DNA of 64,000 bases from positions 124,001 to 188,000 of the forward strand of contig CT868352.1 in NCBI GenBank assembly GCA_000165425.1, read 5' to 3'. This stretch comes from Paramecium tetraurelia (Eukaryota). This document shows positions 50,301-63,367 of this stretch, piece by piece; position 1 is the first letter of the stretch; every line of letters begins with the position of its first letter. The notes under the pieces are model-generated. The model saw nothing but the letters and a program-made list of their open reading frames with translations, did no database searches and was not told the DNA's origin. The position numbers and the translations under genes are program-made.

Positions 50301-53300
50301 TTTTAAGTCAATTAACTTTGTAAAGCTAATTGTTCTTATTAAATTTAATCTAATTTACTCTATAACATTCTTAAATCAGATTACAGTTATTATTTTTCAG
50401 ACATCAAGGCCACAATTTATTATTCATTTACTCCATTTCCAATCATATCTTAAAACTTCTATAAATCTTCTTTTCTTTATTGTTATAATTCTTCTATTTA
50501 TTAATTTAATGCTTAATTAGTTTATTATAATTAACTGATCTATAATGCTTTTTATGGATCAGTCTAAAATTGAATTGATCCTGAGGATGTTACTTATTTT
50601 GGAATTTATTCAGATAATAAATCTTGCAATTATTTTTAAGCTTATAATAATTAGTCTTACAATTATAATTTGTTAGCCTTTAATTCATCATTTTCTTATT
50701 GTAATTAATTTTAATCTTCTAATTATGTTTGTAATAATTCATTTTATTTTTTCAATTCTTATATAGCTTCTGTCTAATTTCCTTCATCTTTTTAGATGTG
50801 TTATGGAACTACTTATTTTGAACTTGGGAATTATGTTGGAATATCTTCTCCGTGTTTATTTGCTAATTTTTGATATTCAGTTCTCCAAAACTCTGCATTT
50901 TCTTATTCCAATTAATTTTTCAAGTCTAATATTTATTATCGATTTTCCAAGTCTTAATTTTTCAATTCCTCAACCTATTTCTTTTATAAATCATTTTATT
51001 ATTTAACTATCTGATTTTATTCTAGTAATAGATTGTTTTCTCTTTAAAGATTATCTTTCTCATCCTGGAGCTGTTATAATTAATTTTATTATTCCATTAT
51101 TTTATTTTGTTGCTCGTCTTTATGTTACTCATTCTATTCTTATTTTATTAATAAATCTTGTACAGCTTGTTGCGCTTATTCTAAATTTAGCTCTTTTATA
51201 GATTATTTATCTACTGTTGGTTATTGTATATTTGGCCTATTTTCAAGAAGCATTTAATGTTTGCTTTTCCATAAATTAGCTTCATCTTCTGCTTGCTTTA
51301 ATCTTAATTAAACCTCTTCTAGCTTACCGACCATTTAAGGTAAGTCTTATTCGATTTGATGTTATAAAGATTATATTTCCTCTTCTTGCTAATGGATTAA
51401 TTTAGTCTCTTATAAAATTTCTTCTTTTAATCCATTTGGAGTTACGGCTCATGATTATATCTCAAGCAACTCTTAATACTGCTCCTCTGATTTATCTAGT
51501 CGCTTTTGTAATAAATCTACTTAAGCTCAAAGTTGTCATAGTCTGACATTAGCACCTCATTGATCTTATTCATCGTATAGATCCATAAGTTATTAGTTTT
51601 TTTCGAGCAGTTAGCTCTATAAAATTATTTGCGATTATTGTAATTAATCTATTTGATTTTCTAAATCCCTTAATTTTTAAGATAATTGTTGCTTCTCTGA
51701 TATTAAGGATACAATTTATTTTCCTTCTGGTCCAGTACCCAGTATATTTTCAAAGTTTTTCAAATCTTCTTTTCTTTCTGCTTCTATATCAATAATCTAT
51801 TTCTTTAATTGTTAATTTTCTTATTATAATTAGCTAATTTAAAGTGCTTTAGTTGGATCTAATAATGAAGGATTATCTGCTTTTTGTGGTAATTATCCTG
51901 AAAACAATTAATTCAAAGTATTTTATGCATTTAATAATTCATTTTATAATTACAATTTACTTTATTTTAATTGTTCATTTTCTTGTTGGAGCTATTATTA
52001 ATCATTACCTTATTATTATAAAATTGCCAATTAAGATTATAAAGAATTTATTATTTCACTAGCATTTTTTTCATCATCCTATTAAATCTTACTTTATTAA
52101 GGAACCTAATTTGAGGTGTCTTACCCTCCTTACTGATTTTATAATTTTTGATACTCTTATTTCCCAAAATCTCCATTAGCTTCTATGAGTTCGTTTTTTA
52201 ATTTCAAAATTTCTTCATCTTTTTACTAAATTAATGATCTTTGATCATTTAATTCATTCTAAATTTAATTTAATTATTATTCAGTTAATTATAATTACTA
52301 TTATAATAAGTTATTCTATCTAACTAGATCAGATATTTCTTCAGACATTTTTGTTTGATTATTTTGAGATTGCTTTTAATCTTAAATTAATTATTTAACT
52401 TATTCCTCTTAATTTTTATATTTTTCTTATAATTCAGCCAAAACTATATTTTCTTCACGTTAGTCTGGTATTTCTAATGGTTTCTTACTCAATAGATCTT
52501 AGTATCTATCATTCAAAAGTTAAACTTCATTTAAAGAATCAGTGTACTTTTGTTATAATTCTTTTAGTTGTCCCTATAATTATGGAACTTAATTTTCTAT
52601 TTCTTATTATTTTTCTAAAAGAAGTTGTTCTAATTCATGTATTTATTTTGCATTTTAAAGAAGTTTTTCTTTTTAACCATTTGGAGTTAAATTTTAAGAT
52701 TGAATTTCTAGGATTTCTTAATACTATTATTTTGCTTTATTGAGCTAAGCTTTTAATTATTCTATTTCCTTCTAATTTTCTAAAATAAGAAGTTTTTATT
52801 CATCTTGAGGCAACGTCTAATTTAAATCAATTATTTATTTATTTTTTTCAGCTAATTATTCTTACAAATATATGGATTCTTGCTATACTTTATCAAGCTG
52901 ATTTTATAATTATCTAATTTCTGATTGAAGTTCTTGTTTTTGGCGATATAAATCAACAATCTATTACTCATTAACTCCATTTCCAATCATATTCTAAAAT
53001 TATTTTAGATCTTCTTTCTTTTAATCCTCTATTTAAGTGATCTAATTTTTCAGCTATTAATTTTCTTAAGTGAGTTAGCTTATTTTTAAATTTTTTTCAG
53101 GATCTGTTTAAAATTTGAAATTTTGATTGTCAACATTTTCTGCTTAAATTTTATTATCCTATAATTTATTGATTTAGCTTTATTTTTCTAGTACTTAATT
53201 CTAAAGTTCAAGCTTTTGTTTTCTTAAGTCTTCATTTTCTTTTTTGTGATTAGATAGTGAATCAAGTTCACTTTAGTTTTATTCCTTTTCAAATTTTAAT

Positions 53301-56300
53301 TTTGCAATTTAATCCTTTAAAGCTTCTACATTTTCAGGTTGAATTTATCCTTATTCTTATTTTTCTTCTCCTTACTATTATAATGGGAGTTAATCCTTAG
53401 ATTTTTGAGCATCTCCTTATGAATTATTGCCTATTAATTCACTTTAATTATCTTTTTAAGTTTTTATTTCTTATTTTAGATTTTCTTCTTTTTTTTTTAA
53501 TTCTGTTATTTAATTTTATTAGTCTTTAACTTATTCTTATAAAATATTTTACAATTATTCAGCTAAATTTTTTTCTCTTTACAAACTATCTATTTCATCT
53601 TTAGCTTATTATAACTTTTGTAATTCTAAGGCATTCTATTTTTTTTCTTACTCCAAATTTTACAAATTGGTTTGAAATTCTTAATTTTATTATTTTAACT
53701 ATTTTGCTTCTTCTTAAGGAATTTCTAATTGTTCATCACCTTTTTGATTTTCTGGTTATTTCTTAGCTAATAAATCCTAGTATCGTTTGGCTTAAAGTTA
53801 TGCATCAGTTTAAGCTGCTTATAATTCTTACTGAGTCTATGTTAATTATCCTTATAATTTAGGAAGTTCTTTTTCTAATTATTATTGTAAATTTATTATC
53901 TAATCCTACTAATCATGAATAGTTGTTTATTATTATAATACTTTTTCTTTTAACCCATTTGGAGTTATATTTTATGAAGCAGTTTCCAATAGCTCTTAAT
54001 ATTATTATTTGGCTTATGATAATTATTATTATAATGAATTAATTAGATCTGTCTATTACTCATTTGATTAAATATTTGGTTATTATTAATTTTATGCATC
54101 ATATGATTATAATTCTTTTGTTTTACTTAATAAATCTGCTTATAGAGAAATTTATTTTTATTAGAGTTGATCAATTTGATTTTATTAATCCCTGACTTAT
54201 TTCTGTAAATCCTGCTTATCAGTCATCAAACCCACAACTTTTTATTCTTATACACCATTACCAATCATGTCTTAGAATTCTTTTAAATCAGCTTATCTTT
54301 ATTATTCAACCTTTTTAATTTAAGTCTTTAATTTTTAAATTTCTTNNNNNNNNNNNNNNNNNNNNNNNNNNNNNNNNNNNNNNNNNNNNNNNNNNNNNNN
54401 NNNNNNNNNNNNNNNNNNNNNNNNNNNNNNNNNNNNNNNNNNNNNNNNNNNNNNNNNNNNNNNNNNNNNNNNNNNNNNNNNNNNNNNNNNNNNNNNNNNN
54501 NNNNNNNNNNNNNNNNNNNNNNNNNNNNNNNNNNNNNNNNNNNNNNNNNNNNNNNNNNNNNNNNNNNNNNNNNNNNNNNNNNNNNNNNNNNNNNNNNNNN
54601 NNNNNNNNNNNNNNNNNNNNNNNNNNNNNNNNNNNNNNNNNNNNNNNNNNNNNNNNNNNNNNNNNNNNNNNNNNNNNNNNNNNNNNNNNNNNNNNNNNNN
54701 NNNNNNNNNNNNNNNNNNNNNNNNNNNNNNNNNNNNNNNNNNNNNNNNNNNNNNNNNNNNNNNNNNNNNNNNNNNNNNNNNNNNNNNNNNNNNNNNNNNN
54801 NNNNNNNNNNNNNNNNNNNNNNNNNNNNNNNNNNNNNNNNNNNNNNNNNNNNNNNNNNNNNNNNNNNNNNNNNNNNNNNNNNNNNNNNNNNNNNNNNNNN
54901 NNNNNNNNNNNNNNNNNNNNNNNNNNNNNNNNNNNNNNNNNNNNNNNNNNNNNNNNNNNNNNNNNNNNNNNNNNNNNNNGTTGAATTTTAAAGTTTTCAA
55001 CTGGCTATTAAGGTAAACCATCCTCTTATTTTTATAACTAATTTTTCAATTTTGTTTTCTCTTCATCATTTACTTATAATTATCTTTTTAAATCTTATAT
55101 TTATTTTTCTTACTCCTAATTTTATTAATCGAGTTTCTTTTATATTATTTCTAAGTTCTGGCTTTTTTTTTCTTATTAGGATAGCTATTCTATTGATTTG
55201 ATAGCTTGATCATGCAACTTTTCCTATTCAAAATCTACTTATTTCTAGAGTTTTTAAATCTCTTATTTTAGTAGAATAATTTCAGAAAACATTTCTTAAT
55301 TCTTTTTAACTTCTTTCAATAGTTTTTATTCAATGCTTTCTGGGGATAGATTTTGATTATTTTTTTCTATTTCATCTTCGAATTTTTGTTTCCAATATTA
55401 AATTTATTCCTAGAAACTTAATCTCTCTTATTCTAATTAATATAATCTGTCTTAGTTATCTCTAAACTAGCTTAAAGCATTCTAAAATTCGTCTTTTGAT
55501 TATTATGGGAATGAATCTGCTATGCCTGGTCTTTGTTAAGTTTAAATCGAGTCTGATATATTAGGGTGAATAATGGAAACCCTTTGGGGAACGCTAACAT
55601 TTGTGTTGTAAGTGTGGTGTCTGGTTGGAGATACTCTAATTGGACTTATGTATTTTATTGGAGTCAATACTCTGATACTTCCATTGGATCTTTCTACTGA
55701 ATATCGGACAGGAGATCCCCTTAATTTAGTATTATTTCCAATCAATTTTAAATCTTCATTCTTTAATCTAACTAATGAATTTAATAAAGAAATTTGTTTA
55801 ATAATTGTTGGTACATTATGAGGATCAAGTTGGAGATGTTCGATATGTGTCATAATTTTTGAAAATACCTCTTCAGATGATAATGATGGAGATTATGATC
55901 TTGCTTATAAAGGACTTTAATTGTTTAAGATTCTTCTTACTGCTTTTGGTGTTTCATATCGTTTCAAAGCTTCAATATCTTGATTTAATGAAGTCAAATA
56001 TATTTATATTTACTAGATTTCGACTTCATAGTCATCTTAATCTTTATCCAATTTTTGTAAGAGATTATTATGAGAATTTATCAATTCTGCCAGCATAGTT
56101 AAAGCATTGGCATATTTATTCTAAATTAAATTACCATTTCTATATTATGAAATTCCATTTTAAAGATTGCTCAATGCATTTTGTAAATGTTCAGGTAAAT
56201 ATTCATTCTTTGAAAAAGATAGTTATTCAGCCTTTTTTATTGAAGTACCTTCTTATTTGTTTTCTAATTGATTTAGACTAAGTAAATAGGATAGTTTTGA

Positions 56301-56783
56301 TTCTAATAATTTATTTTCATCTTAGAGTTTTCTTATTTCCTCTAATTTATTTGATTGATCCTAAGATAACAGATTTTTAATACTTTGCTCTAATTTTCCT
56401 ATTGGCTTGCTTATCTTAAAAAAGAATTTAATTTTTCCCTTGCTAATTTTTCTTTCTGTTGTAATTCGTTTATTTCTTATTTCTAACTCTATACTTCAAG
56501 TAGCAAAACTTATTCCCTCTCCTGATGTTATTATCTTAATTTAATCAAAAATATACATTGTATTTTTCATAGCATTTCTTTTCCTATCCAATTCAAGCAA
56601 TACACAATTTAATCTTTAAATTTCAAATCCCATTAAGACTTTTTCCATTTTCATGTTAATTAAACTGTCGGAAAGAGCTTGCTACTAAGGTGCTTAAGGA
56701 ACAACTTAAATAATTGGGGAAACAGCTCTTTAAGGAGAGCGCATTTAAAATGGCTACGGATTTTAGATTGATCTTCCTCTCAT
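44346..56783 (-). CDS. Giant (about 4,000 aa) Gln/Glu/Lys-rich coiled-coil protein with ~432-aa internal repeats; spans an assembly gap
   Basis: Starts MRGRSIQNPQPFQMRSPQRAVSP and reads as continuous heptad-rich sequence in the ciliate code to QDDIQIE*. Interrupted by an N-run and a 1-nt insertion at 49246. Confidence 0.75.
47370..50929. repeat. Near-identical tandem repeat, ~2.75 copies of a 1296-bp unit
   Basis: ATCATTCCATAATTAGGCATC recurs at 47371, 48667 and 49964. Near-identical antisense ORFs in the track start at 48210, 49507 and 50803. Confidence 0.95.
50930..54345. repeat. Older diverged copies of the same ~1.25-1.3 kb repeat unit
   Basis: The anchor CCATTTGG(A/T)GTT (TPNG) recurs near 51432, 52677 and 53956. 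The (M/L)(I/G)GNG-like anchor recurs near 51735, 52978 and 54255. Confidence 0.8.
54346..54979. other. Assembly gap (N-run)
   Basis: 634 consecutive N. Confidence 1.
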
Positions 56784-56960
56784 TTCAAAATTCAAATTTA
56801 TTTTATATTAATATCTGATCGTTATTATTTACAACAAAAACAAAAACTAGCTATAACACTACTACATTGTAGAATTAACCCATTCGGATTCCTGAACTTC
56901 TAGCCAATTACTTTATGAAATATTTATGTATAATAATTATGACACTTTAACACATTTAAT

Positions 56961-58402
56961 TCAACTTGATGGTAATGGCGATTTTGAATCTAATGTCACT
57001 TGAACTTCTCCATAAAACATGCTTAGAGCTGGATAAGATGTCCCTGTCAAATTGTTATATGCTTCTCCACACTTAACACCATTTCTGTAAAATGATAAAG
57101 TTCCTAAACCACTTCTGAATTCAAGTAGAACACCTATTGTATCATTCTATACAGCTGAGTATCCATAATCTTATATCTACCCATCAGCTCCGAATTTTTT
57201 GGCACATAAACAAATATAGCCATAAAAGTGTCCTGTTGTGGTCGGTTAAGTATACAAGTCAATCTCTTTTCTACTTTATATTAAAATTTTTACCTTGCTA
57301 TTCCTATAAAGATATCTTCCTCATCAACATACTTTTCAATCTTAATTTCCCAATAATGCCTTCCTGAATTTAATGCTAATGTTCCAAGCACCGTTTAATA
57401 ATCTGATTATCCTTTTTTGTTTGCTGTCAAATTATTATTTGATAAGACTACACTTTTACCTTTTTTAATTGGATCCCACGTGAATGTCATTTCAGCTAAA
57501 AATAAGAGTTAGGAAAAATCTTTAAGACCTGCTTCCGAAAGTTTAATTTATGTATCTTTCAATTCTTTTAGTTGAATCATGGGATGGATAAGTTTAATAT
57601 TATGAAACAGCTTTTAATTCTGCCCAATTCCATCAATTATAAATGATCTTAGTTATTCTGTAGTAAAAGTAACAGGAACAATTGCTAAATAGTAATTTCT
57701 TTAACCAAAAAATGTTTTAACCAATAAAAATATAACATTGCTGATATTTTTTACCATTGTTGTAATCTTGCCGTATGAAAAATCAATAGTTATTAATCTC
57801 TCATCATTAGAATAGGGGTATTTATATTTTATTTCTAATTTCTTGGCCAAAACTATTGACTCTTTTAAATCAGCTGTTAATCTCTTCAAAATAGGAGCTT
57901 TTTTATTTTATGGCTAACCTTCTGTTGAACTTTATTATGAAAAAGGAAGAGAGTTTGAAAATGGTAAAGGATCCTCTGACATTGAAATTTATTTCTCTAA
58001 AGAAGGCTATTTAGAAGACTATCTACTGACACTTTTAGGAGGTGGAAATTTAGGTTTTAATTAAGGCACATCTTTTTTGGGAGCATTAATCTTAGAAGGC
58101 TAGGCTTAAGGTTGATTCTGCTATTCTTATTAATTATCTTGTTATATCTCTAGTTAAATTTCATTTTTTTTTTCTAATGGTTAATCTGATTTTTGAGGAT
58201 TCTCAACTTCTGAATCCTACTTTTTTGGTTGTCCTGGAGAACCTGGACAAGAAACAATCTTCTTTTCAGATTGCTAATGATTTACTTAGTTTTCCTCCTC
58301 TACTGTTAATTATTCTGGAACAGGTCCTTCAGGTAGTTTAATGACTTAGCCGAATCCTGCAATTGTATTCACAATCATTTTTTCTGTAATTTCGAAAGCC
58401 AT
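56961..58402 (-). CDS. SPRY/B30.2-domain protein with Pro/Gln-rich N-terminal region
   Basis: FTWDPIKKGKSVVLSNNNLT...SGRHYWEIKIE...IFIGIA...DTIGVLLEF..GTLSFYRNG...YPALSMF. Confidence 0.85.
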
Positions 58403-59740
58403 TTATGATAAATATAATGATAAAGTTAAATATACAAATTAGTAATAAATTTTCTAAATTTTCTGTCTAATTTTATTTCAATATCTCCATAAAGCCAAGA
58501 TATGTTATAATTAATTTGTTTATTAAAGAGAAATTCATAAGGATCGTATAATTTTTACAAGAATTGTTTGTATTTAGAAATTTTCTAAAAAAAAAAGGAG
58601 AGCAATAAATTTTTGAGTTTTCATAACAAAAATTTGACTTAAAATTCAAATTTTGAAATAAAAATAAATTCTAGTTTAATAAATAGATTCATATAGATAA
58701 AAAATAAAATATTGCTTGAATTAGATTTCATTAATTTTAACAACTATTACATAAACCTAAAATTCTCTCATCATCCTAAATACAATAATCATGACCAATA
58801 AGAATTCTACATTATAGACAAAAGATCACTTAATCATCATTTTCATTACAAAGGCAAACTTAACAAACTTCAGAAATTGAGGCACTCACAATACTTTATG
58901 ATGGTGTGTTTAAAAAGCTTTCCTAAAATATGCTTTCCTCTAGCTATGAGTAGCTTTCTTATGTATTTTTTTAATAGAAATTTTCAGATTTGTTAATCCA
59001 CACCAACACTCCATCTTAATTAATATAAATATCATACTAGAGATTATAACATTAATACATATGAAAAAGGTTATCTACATAAGGGACATTATAATTTTTT
59101 GGCTACTTTCATAAATTAATCAAAACATATTTAACAAAAAAGGTGGTTACATTTGAGTTTGGATAAAGGGGGAGTGAATTATTCTAAGCAAATAGTGCAT
59201 AATTGCTTATTAGGAGAAGATTTTTTTTATGATGACGAGTTTTAATTTCCCAATGATTAGAAGTTAGAAGATTAATCCTCTAATTCTTCATCTTCAATAA
59301 TTTTCCTATTCCTTCTTTAATTATACATATAAAATTATGATTATAAATATTATGTTTCTTAAATTATAAATATATTCACATTGTATCTAATCTTCTTAAA
59401 GAAATGAAATTTAATTTTCATAGTTAAGATAGTTATTTGGTTTAAAGGATTCTAAATTCACTAAATTGAATAAAATAAAAATAATAAAATTCTATGTAAA
59501 CCCTAAATACCCCAAGAATTACTACAGAATGGAGAATCAATGATCAATAATAAATAACGTCAATAAATAAGAAAGGCTATTTTTTAAAAAAACTCTAAAA
59601 ATTATGCAAATTTTGATTTATTAACTTGTCTTTATTTATTCGGGGTAATATCACCAAGTAAATTATTTTATCATTTCAATTGTTATTTAAGAAAGTTTCT
59701 TGATACGTTAATATCTTTAGAAATATCAAACTATATAAAA

Positions 59741-60052
59741 TCAATTGAATTAAATTATCTCTTCCAAGTACTTAATCATAAACTATGGGAATTTTTCTTC
59801 TAACACTAAATCTGGGATAAGCCTAAAAATATTTTGAACCTTTTACTTTTTTTTTCCATCGCAATCTTCAACTAAGTAAACAAAGGATTTATTTTTTTCG
59901 AAACAATCTATTATCTTTTTAGGACCTCTTATCCTACCAAATTTACTGTTTGCTGAATTTTCTAATTACTGCCAATATGACTTGTCATCTTTCTTATCAA
60001 TTTTCTTAGATTTTCTGCATAAACTCTATGTATCAAATGAGCGCTAATTCAT
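59741..60052 (-). CDS. Small stand-alone chromo-shadow-domain protein (~95 aa)
   Basis: FGRIRGPKKIIDCFEKNKSFVYLVE...LIPDLVLEEKFPQFMIKYLEEIIQFN* aligns by eye with the HP1 chromo-shadow domain (GF.RGL.PE.IIGA...LMFLMKW...LVP...A..K.PQ.VI.FYEERL.W). Probable 24-nt intron at 59823-59846. Confidence 0.65.
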
Positions 60053-60690
60053 AAATTTATTATATTAGAATAAACTTAATTTGCGCTTTATTTAATTATT
60101 ATTTATTAAAGAAATGTTTATGTTTTGAAAATAAATTTCAATAATTTAAAACCATTTATTTTGTTAGCTAATTGGTTAATGATTCCACTTCAATCAAATT
60201 AGTTTAGATTTATCTTCCTTCTCTATTAATAGTTTATGAAAAATAAAATCTCTTAGATTCATGAAAAATATTTTAAGATTCTTTAAAAATGAATATTGAG
60301 GATTTTAATTATCTTCTTAAAAGGCTTGAAATGAGATTCACGTAAAATATATTTATAATTTCTAAATTAATTTTGTTAATAATCAAAAAGAATGAATAAA
60401 ATTATTTCAAATTAATAATAAACTTGTTATTATTATTTTATTTTTATTATTTAATTAAACTTAAATGTGCAAGAATTTGAGCCTTAATAATTTTGGATTT
60501 TTATTATATTAATTTTATGAAATTTTATAGTTTTAACTACTTTTAAACAAATTTATGTATTAATTTACAAGTATGATTTTAGAAAAAATTAAATTATCGA
60601 TGCAGATTTTTGATTCAAAGAATTTGAAAAAAAAATAGCTACTAGTAGTATGCTTAATATGAACACAATTTGGATATATACATTAACATT

Positions 60691-60762
60691 TCCGGTATAG
60701 TCTAGTGGTTAGGATATCAGGTTTTCACCCTGGGGACCCGGGTTCAATCCCCGGTATCGGAA
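60691..60762 (+). tRNA. tRNA-Glu (anticodon TTC)
   Basis: Cloverleaf with acceptor stem TCCGGTA/TATCGGA, anticodon arm TCAGG-TTTTCAC-CCTGG (TTC at 60724-60726) and T-arm CCGGG-TTCAATC-CCCGG. Followed by a poly-T Pol III terminator. Confidence 0.97.
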
Positions 60763-60780
60763 AAATTTTTTTATACTTAT

Positions 60781-62244
60781 TCATTCAAAAATAAATTGTA
60801 AATCATCATTTAATATTCTTTACACTTATGTTTCAAGTTCTGGTAATTTAATTAATGACTCAAGTTTTGTTTTTACAGCATTGGGACAATTTTAATTCAA
60901 TACAGTTGGGTCTTACAAAATCAGATTTAAATAAAATTTGTATTCATCTATTGAGTGGCTATTGACCTTATTTCATAAAATTGAAATACAAAATATTAAT
61001 TAAGAATTCCAATAAACTGATTATTAGACTGGATAGATGAATTCTCTTTTACAATTGTACATAATAAATAGAATGCTTCTTTTGATTCCTAGTTTTATTT
61101 GGTTTGTAGCGTTATCATTATCTCATCCAATAGTTACTAATTTTATAAAATTCCTGTTAATATAATTTTATATGTTGGGATGATATTTGCTAAAAAATAA
61201 TAAAATAGTTCCCTGTCAAAGTATCTCCATTTTTAATATATTAAGCTTGCTTATTACAAAGAAATTATCTCAATAGTGATTGATTTTTACTAGTTTGACA
61301 TAACTTTAAAATATTTAATGATTTCATTTGGATACTCATCAGATAGCTGAACTAATTTTTCAGTAATATTTAAATGTTTAATTTAATTTATATATAATTC
61401 TAGGGCTTTTCTATTTTCTCGAGCTGATTGATAAAATATTCTAATAATTAAGTTAACAACAATTATAATAAGTTCTTTTTTGCTAGTATTTTGTAAGATA
61501 TATGAGCATATTATTAATGAATTTGTTATATCGAAACATAAAGAAAGTTTAAAATATAAGTTAAGCAAACATTCTTACGCCTATAAGCTAAACTTTTAAA
61601 ATTTATTTAAAAGAACAATCTTTTCAATGCAGTCCACCATTTATTTTTTATCTTATGCCTAAAATTCAACTTTCAAAAGTACTAGATTGTAGAATATGCA
61701 ATCTAAATAATCTATTATATAAAATATATCTGAATTTTCTGTCATACTTTAGCAAAAATTGGCATATAAGGATACCAGGTATGATAAAAAGTTAAGTTAA
61801 AAGCATTGTTTTATTTATCCTTCATTAGCATTGGCAGTAAACGAATTAAAGAAGTAAAGTGATTCTACTAAAAGTAACCGATTATGTTCTGATTAATTTT
61901 AAGAAATTTTTACCCAATAAATTTTAGACATAGTTAATGTTGACATCTGAAATGAATAATGAGTTAATAATTCTCTGAGGAAGATTTTATTAAAGTGCTG
62001 CATTTGCAGATTCCTCATTCTCTATATTAGTTTATTACAATATTTAGATGAGAGAATTATCAGCTACATTTGCAGATTACTCATTCTCTATATCAGTTTA
62101 TTACAATATTTAGATTAGAGAATTACCTGCTGCATTTGATGTCAGCATTCTTTTCCTCGAAAACTGTAGCTCATTTCTTTGATTTCTAATCTCATTCCTA
62201 AATTCTTCTCTCTTCTACTATATTATGTATTACTCTTATTTCAT
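60781..62244 (-). CDS. Importin-alpha-like protein (IBB-like N-terminus, helical ARM-like body)
   Basis: QQKREEFRNEIRNQRNELQFSRKR resembles the IBB pattern RR.E...E(L/I)RK.KR...L.KRR, followed by a Leu/Ile-rich helical region. Confidence 0.55.
61996..62137. repeat. In-frame 66-bp tandem duplication (22 codons, ~2.15 copies)
   Basis: NAAGNSLIQILQQTDIENEQSA / NVADNSLIQILQQTNIENEESA / NAA; units start at 61996, 62062 and 62128 on the + strand. Confidence 0.9.
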
Positions 62245-62259
62245 AAAATAATTTAATTT

Positions 62260-63210
62260 ATGGCACAAGAAACAGTTGATTTGTGTTGCAACATAAACTT
62301 TGAAATTGATATTCATCCCCTTGTGATCGCCTAAATATTAGACTTGCATTACAGAAAATTTGGTGCCTCAAGATAAGAGGAAACCATAGTAGGTGGAGCA
62401 TTATTAGGGACAGTCTATACAAATAAAGTTCATATAACAGAATGTTTTGCCTTATTAGTTGACCCTGGAGATGAAACTAACGTATATTTGTTCATCAATC
62501 TTCTAGGAGTATACATTTGATTTTGGTGATGCTAAAGATTTATACTTAAGCCATTTATAAGCAAATCCTTAAGAAGTCTTGTTAGGAGGGTTTGTTACAA
62601 CCAAAAACTTATCATTAGATATTGGTGTTGCTTATCTTTCAACTGAATTTAGTAAAAAGGAGAACGGATTCAACGCTACTGCAGTATTAGGTTAACCCAT
62701 TATTCTTAAAATTAATCCTACATTAAATACTAATAAGATAGAAATGAAAGTATTTTTATCATAATAGCTAGGCATTTAAACTTAATCAATCATTAAAGCA
62801 CTATGCGGCAGTGGCATCCTTTAACACAATGCCTATAAAAATATCCTTTTCAGATGAAAATTTATAATAAGCCTGGCCATTCTTAGCTCCCAATCTATAA
62901 TAAAAAGATTTCAAAATTGTAAATACAACTAATCCAGCATAACTAGTCTAAGAAAATATCAAAAATATTGAAAAAATACTTTAATATTTGGAAAAAGTTA
63001 TTGTAAGAAAGTCTATTATACTAGGCTGGAAATGAAACAGGAGATTAGGAATTTGGAAGGAAACTCTTATCTTCTTTGAATCAAATAGATTTGATAAGAA
63101 ATGAATCGGACGTTGTATTTAGTCAGGTTGAAGAAGCTTAACTATTTTAATATATTGGAAATTTCGCTTAAGGTTAGGCATTTATTAATGAAAAATTGTA
63201 AAAGATATGA
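62260..63210 (+). CDS. EIF3F: Translation initiation factor eIF3 subunit f (MPN domain)
   Basis: IHPLVIAQILDLHYRK...VGGALLGTV...ITECFA, and C-terminal YLEKVI-AGNETGDQEFGRKLL...YIGNFAQGQAFINEKL. Three mini-introns. Confidence 0.75.
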
Positions 63211-63367
63211 CATTTTTATAAAAATATACCAATAAAACAATCAACAAAAGTAATTGAAACATAAACTGTATTGGTTAATTCATTAATCTTCTTAAAAATA
63301 AATTGTTAAAATTATTTATTTTTATTTGATATGATTCAAATAGATTACTCAATTTGTCAATTTTCAA

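Noticed and set aside
47370..50929. 1.3-kb direct repeats as a transposon, LTR or CRISPR-like array
   Set aside because: The unit is 432 codons in frame within a CDS, with no terminal repeats, transposase or spacers.
44643..52743. Many hydrophobic plus-strand ORFs in the track, including the three MELLILNLGIM copies
   Set aside because: They are antisense shadows of the Gln/Glu/Lys-rich coiled-coil gene on the minus strand.
54335..55021. 228-aa ORF made mostly of X
   Set aside because: Artefact of the N-run.
58440..59720. Long AT-rich gap as a gene or mobile element
   Set aside because: Some coding-like patches but no sustained frame, recognisable motif or terminal repeats; left unassigned.
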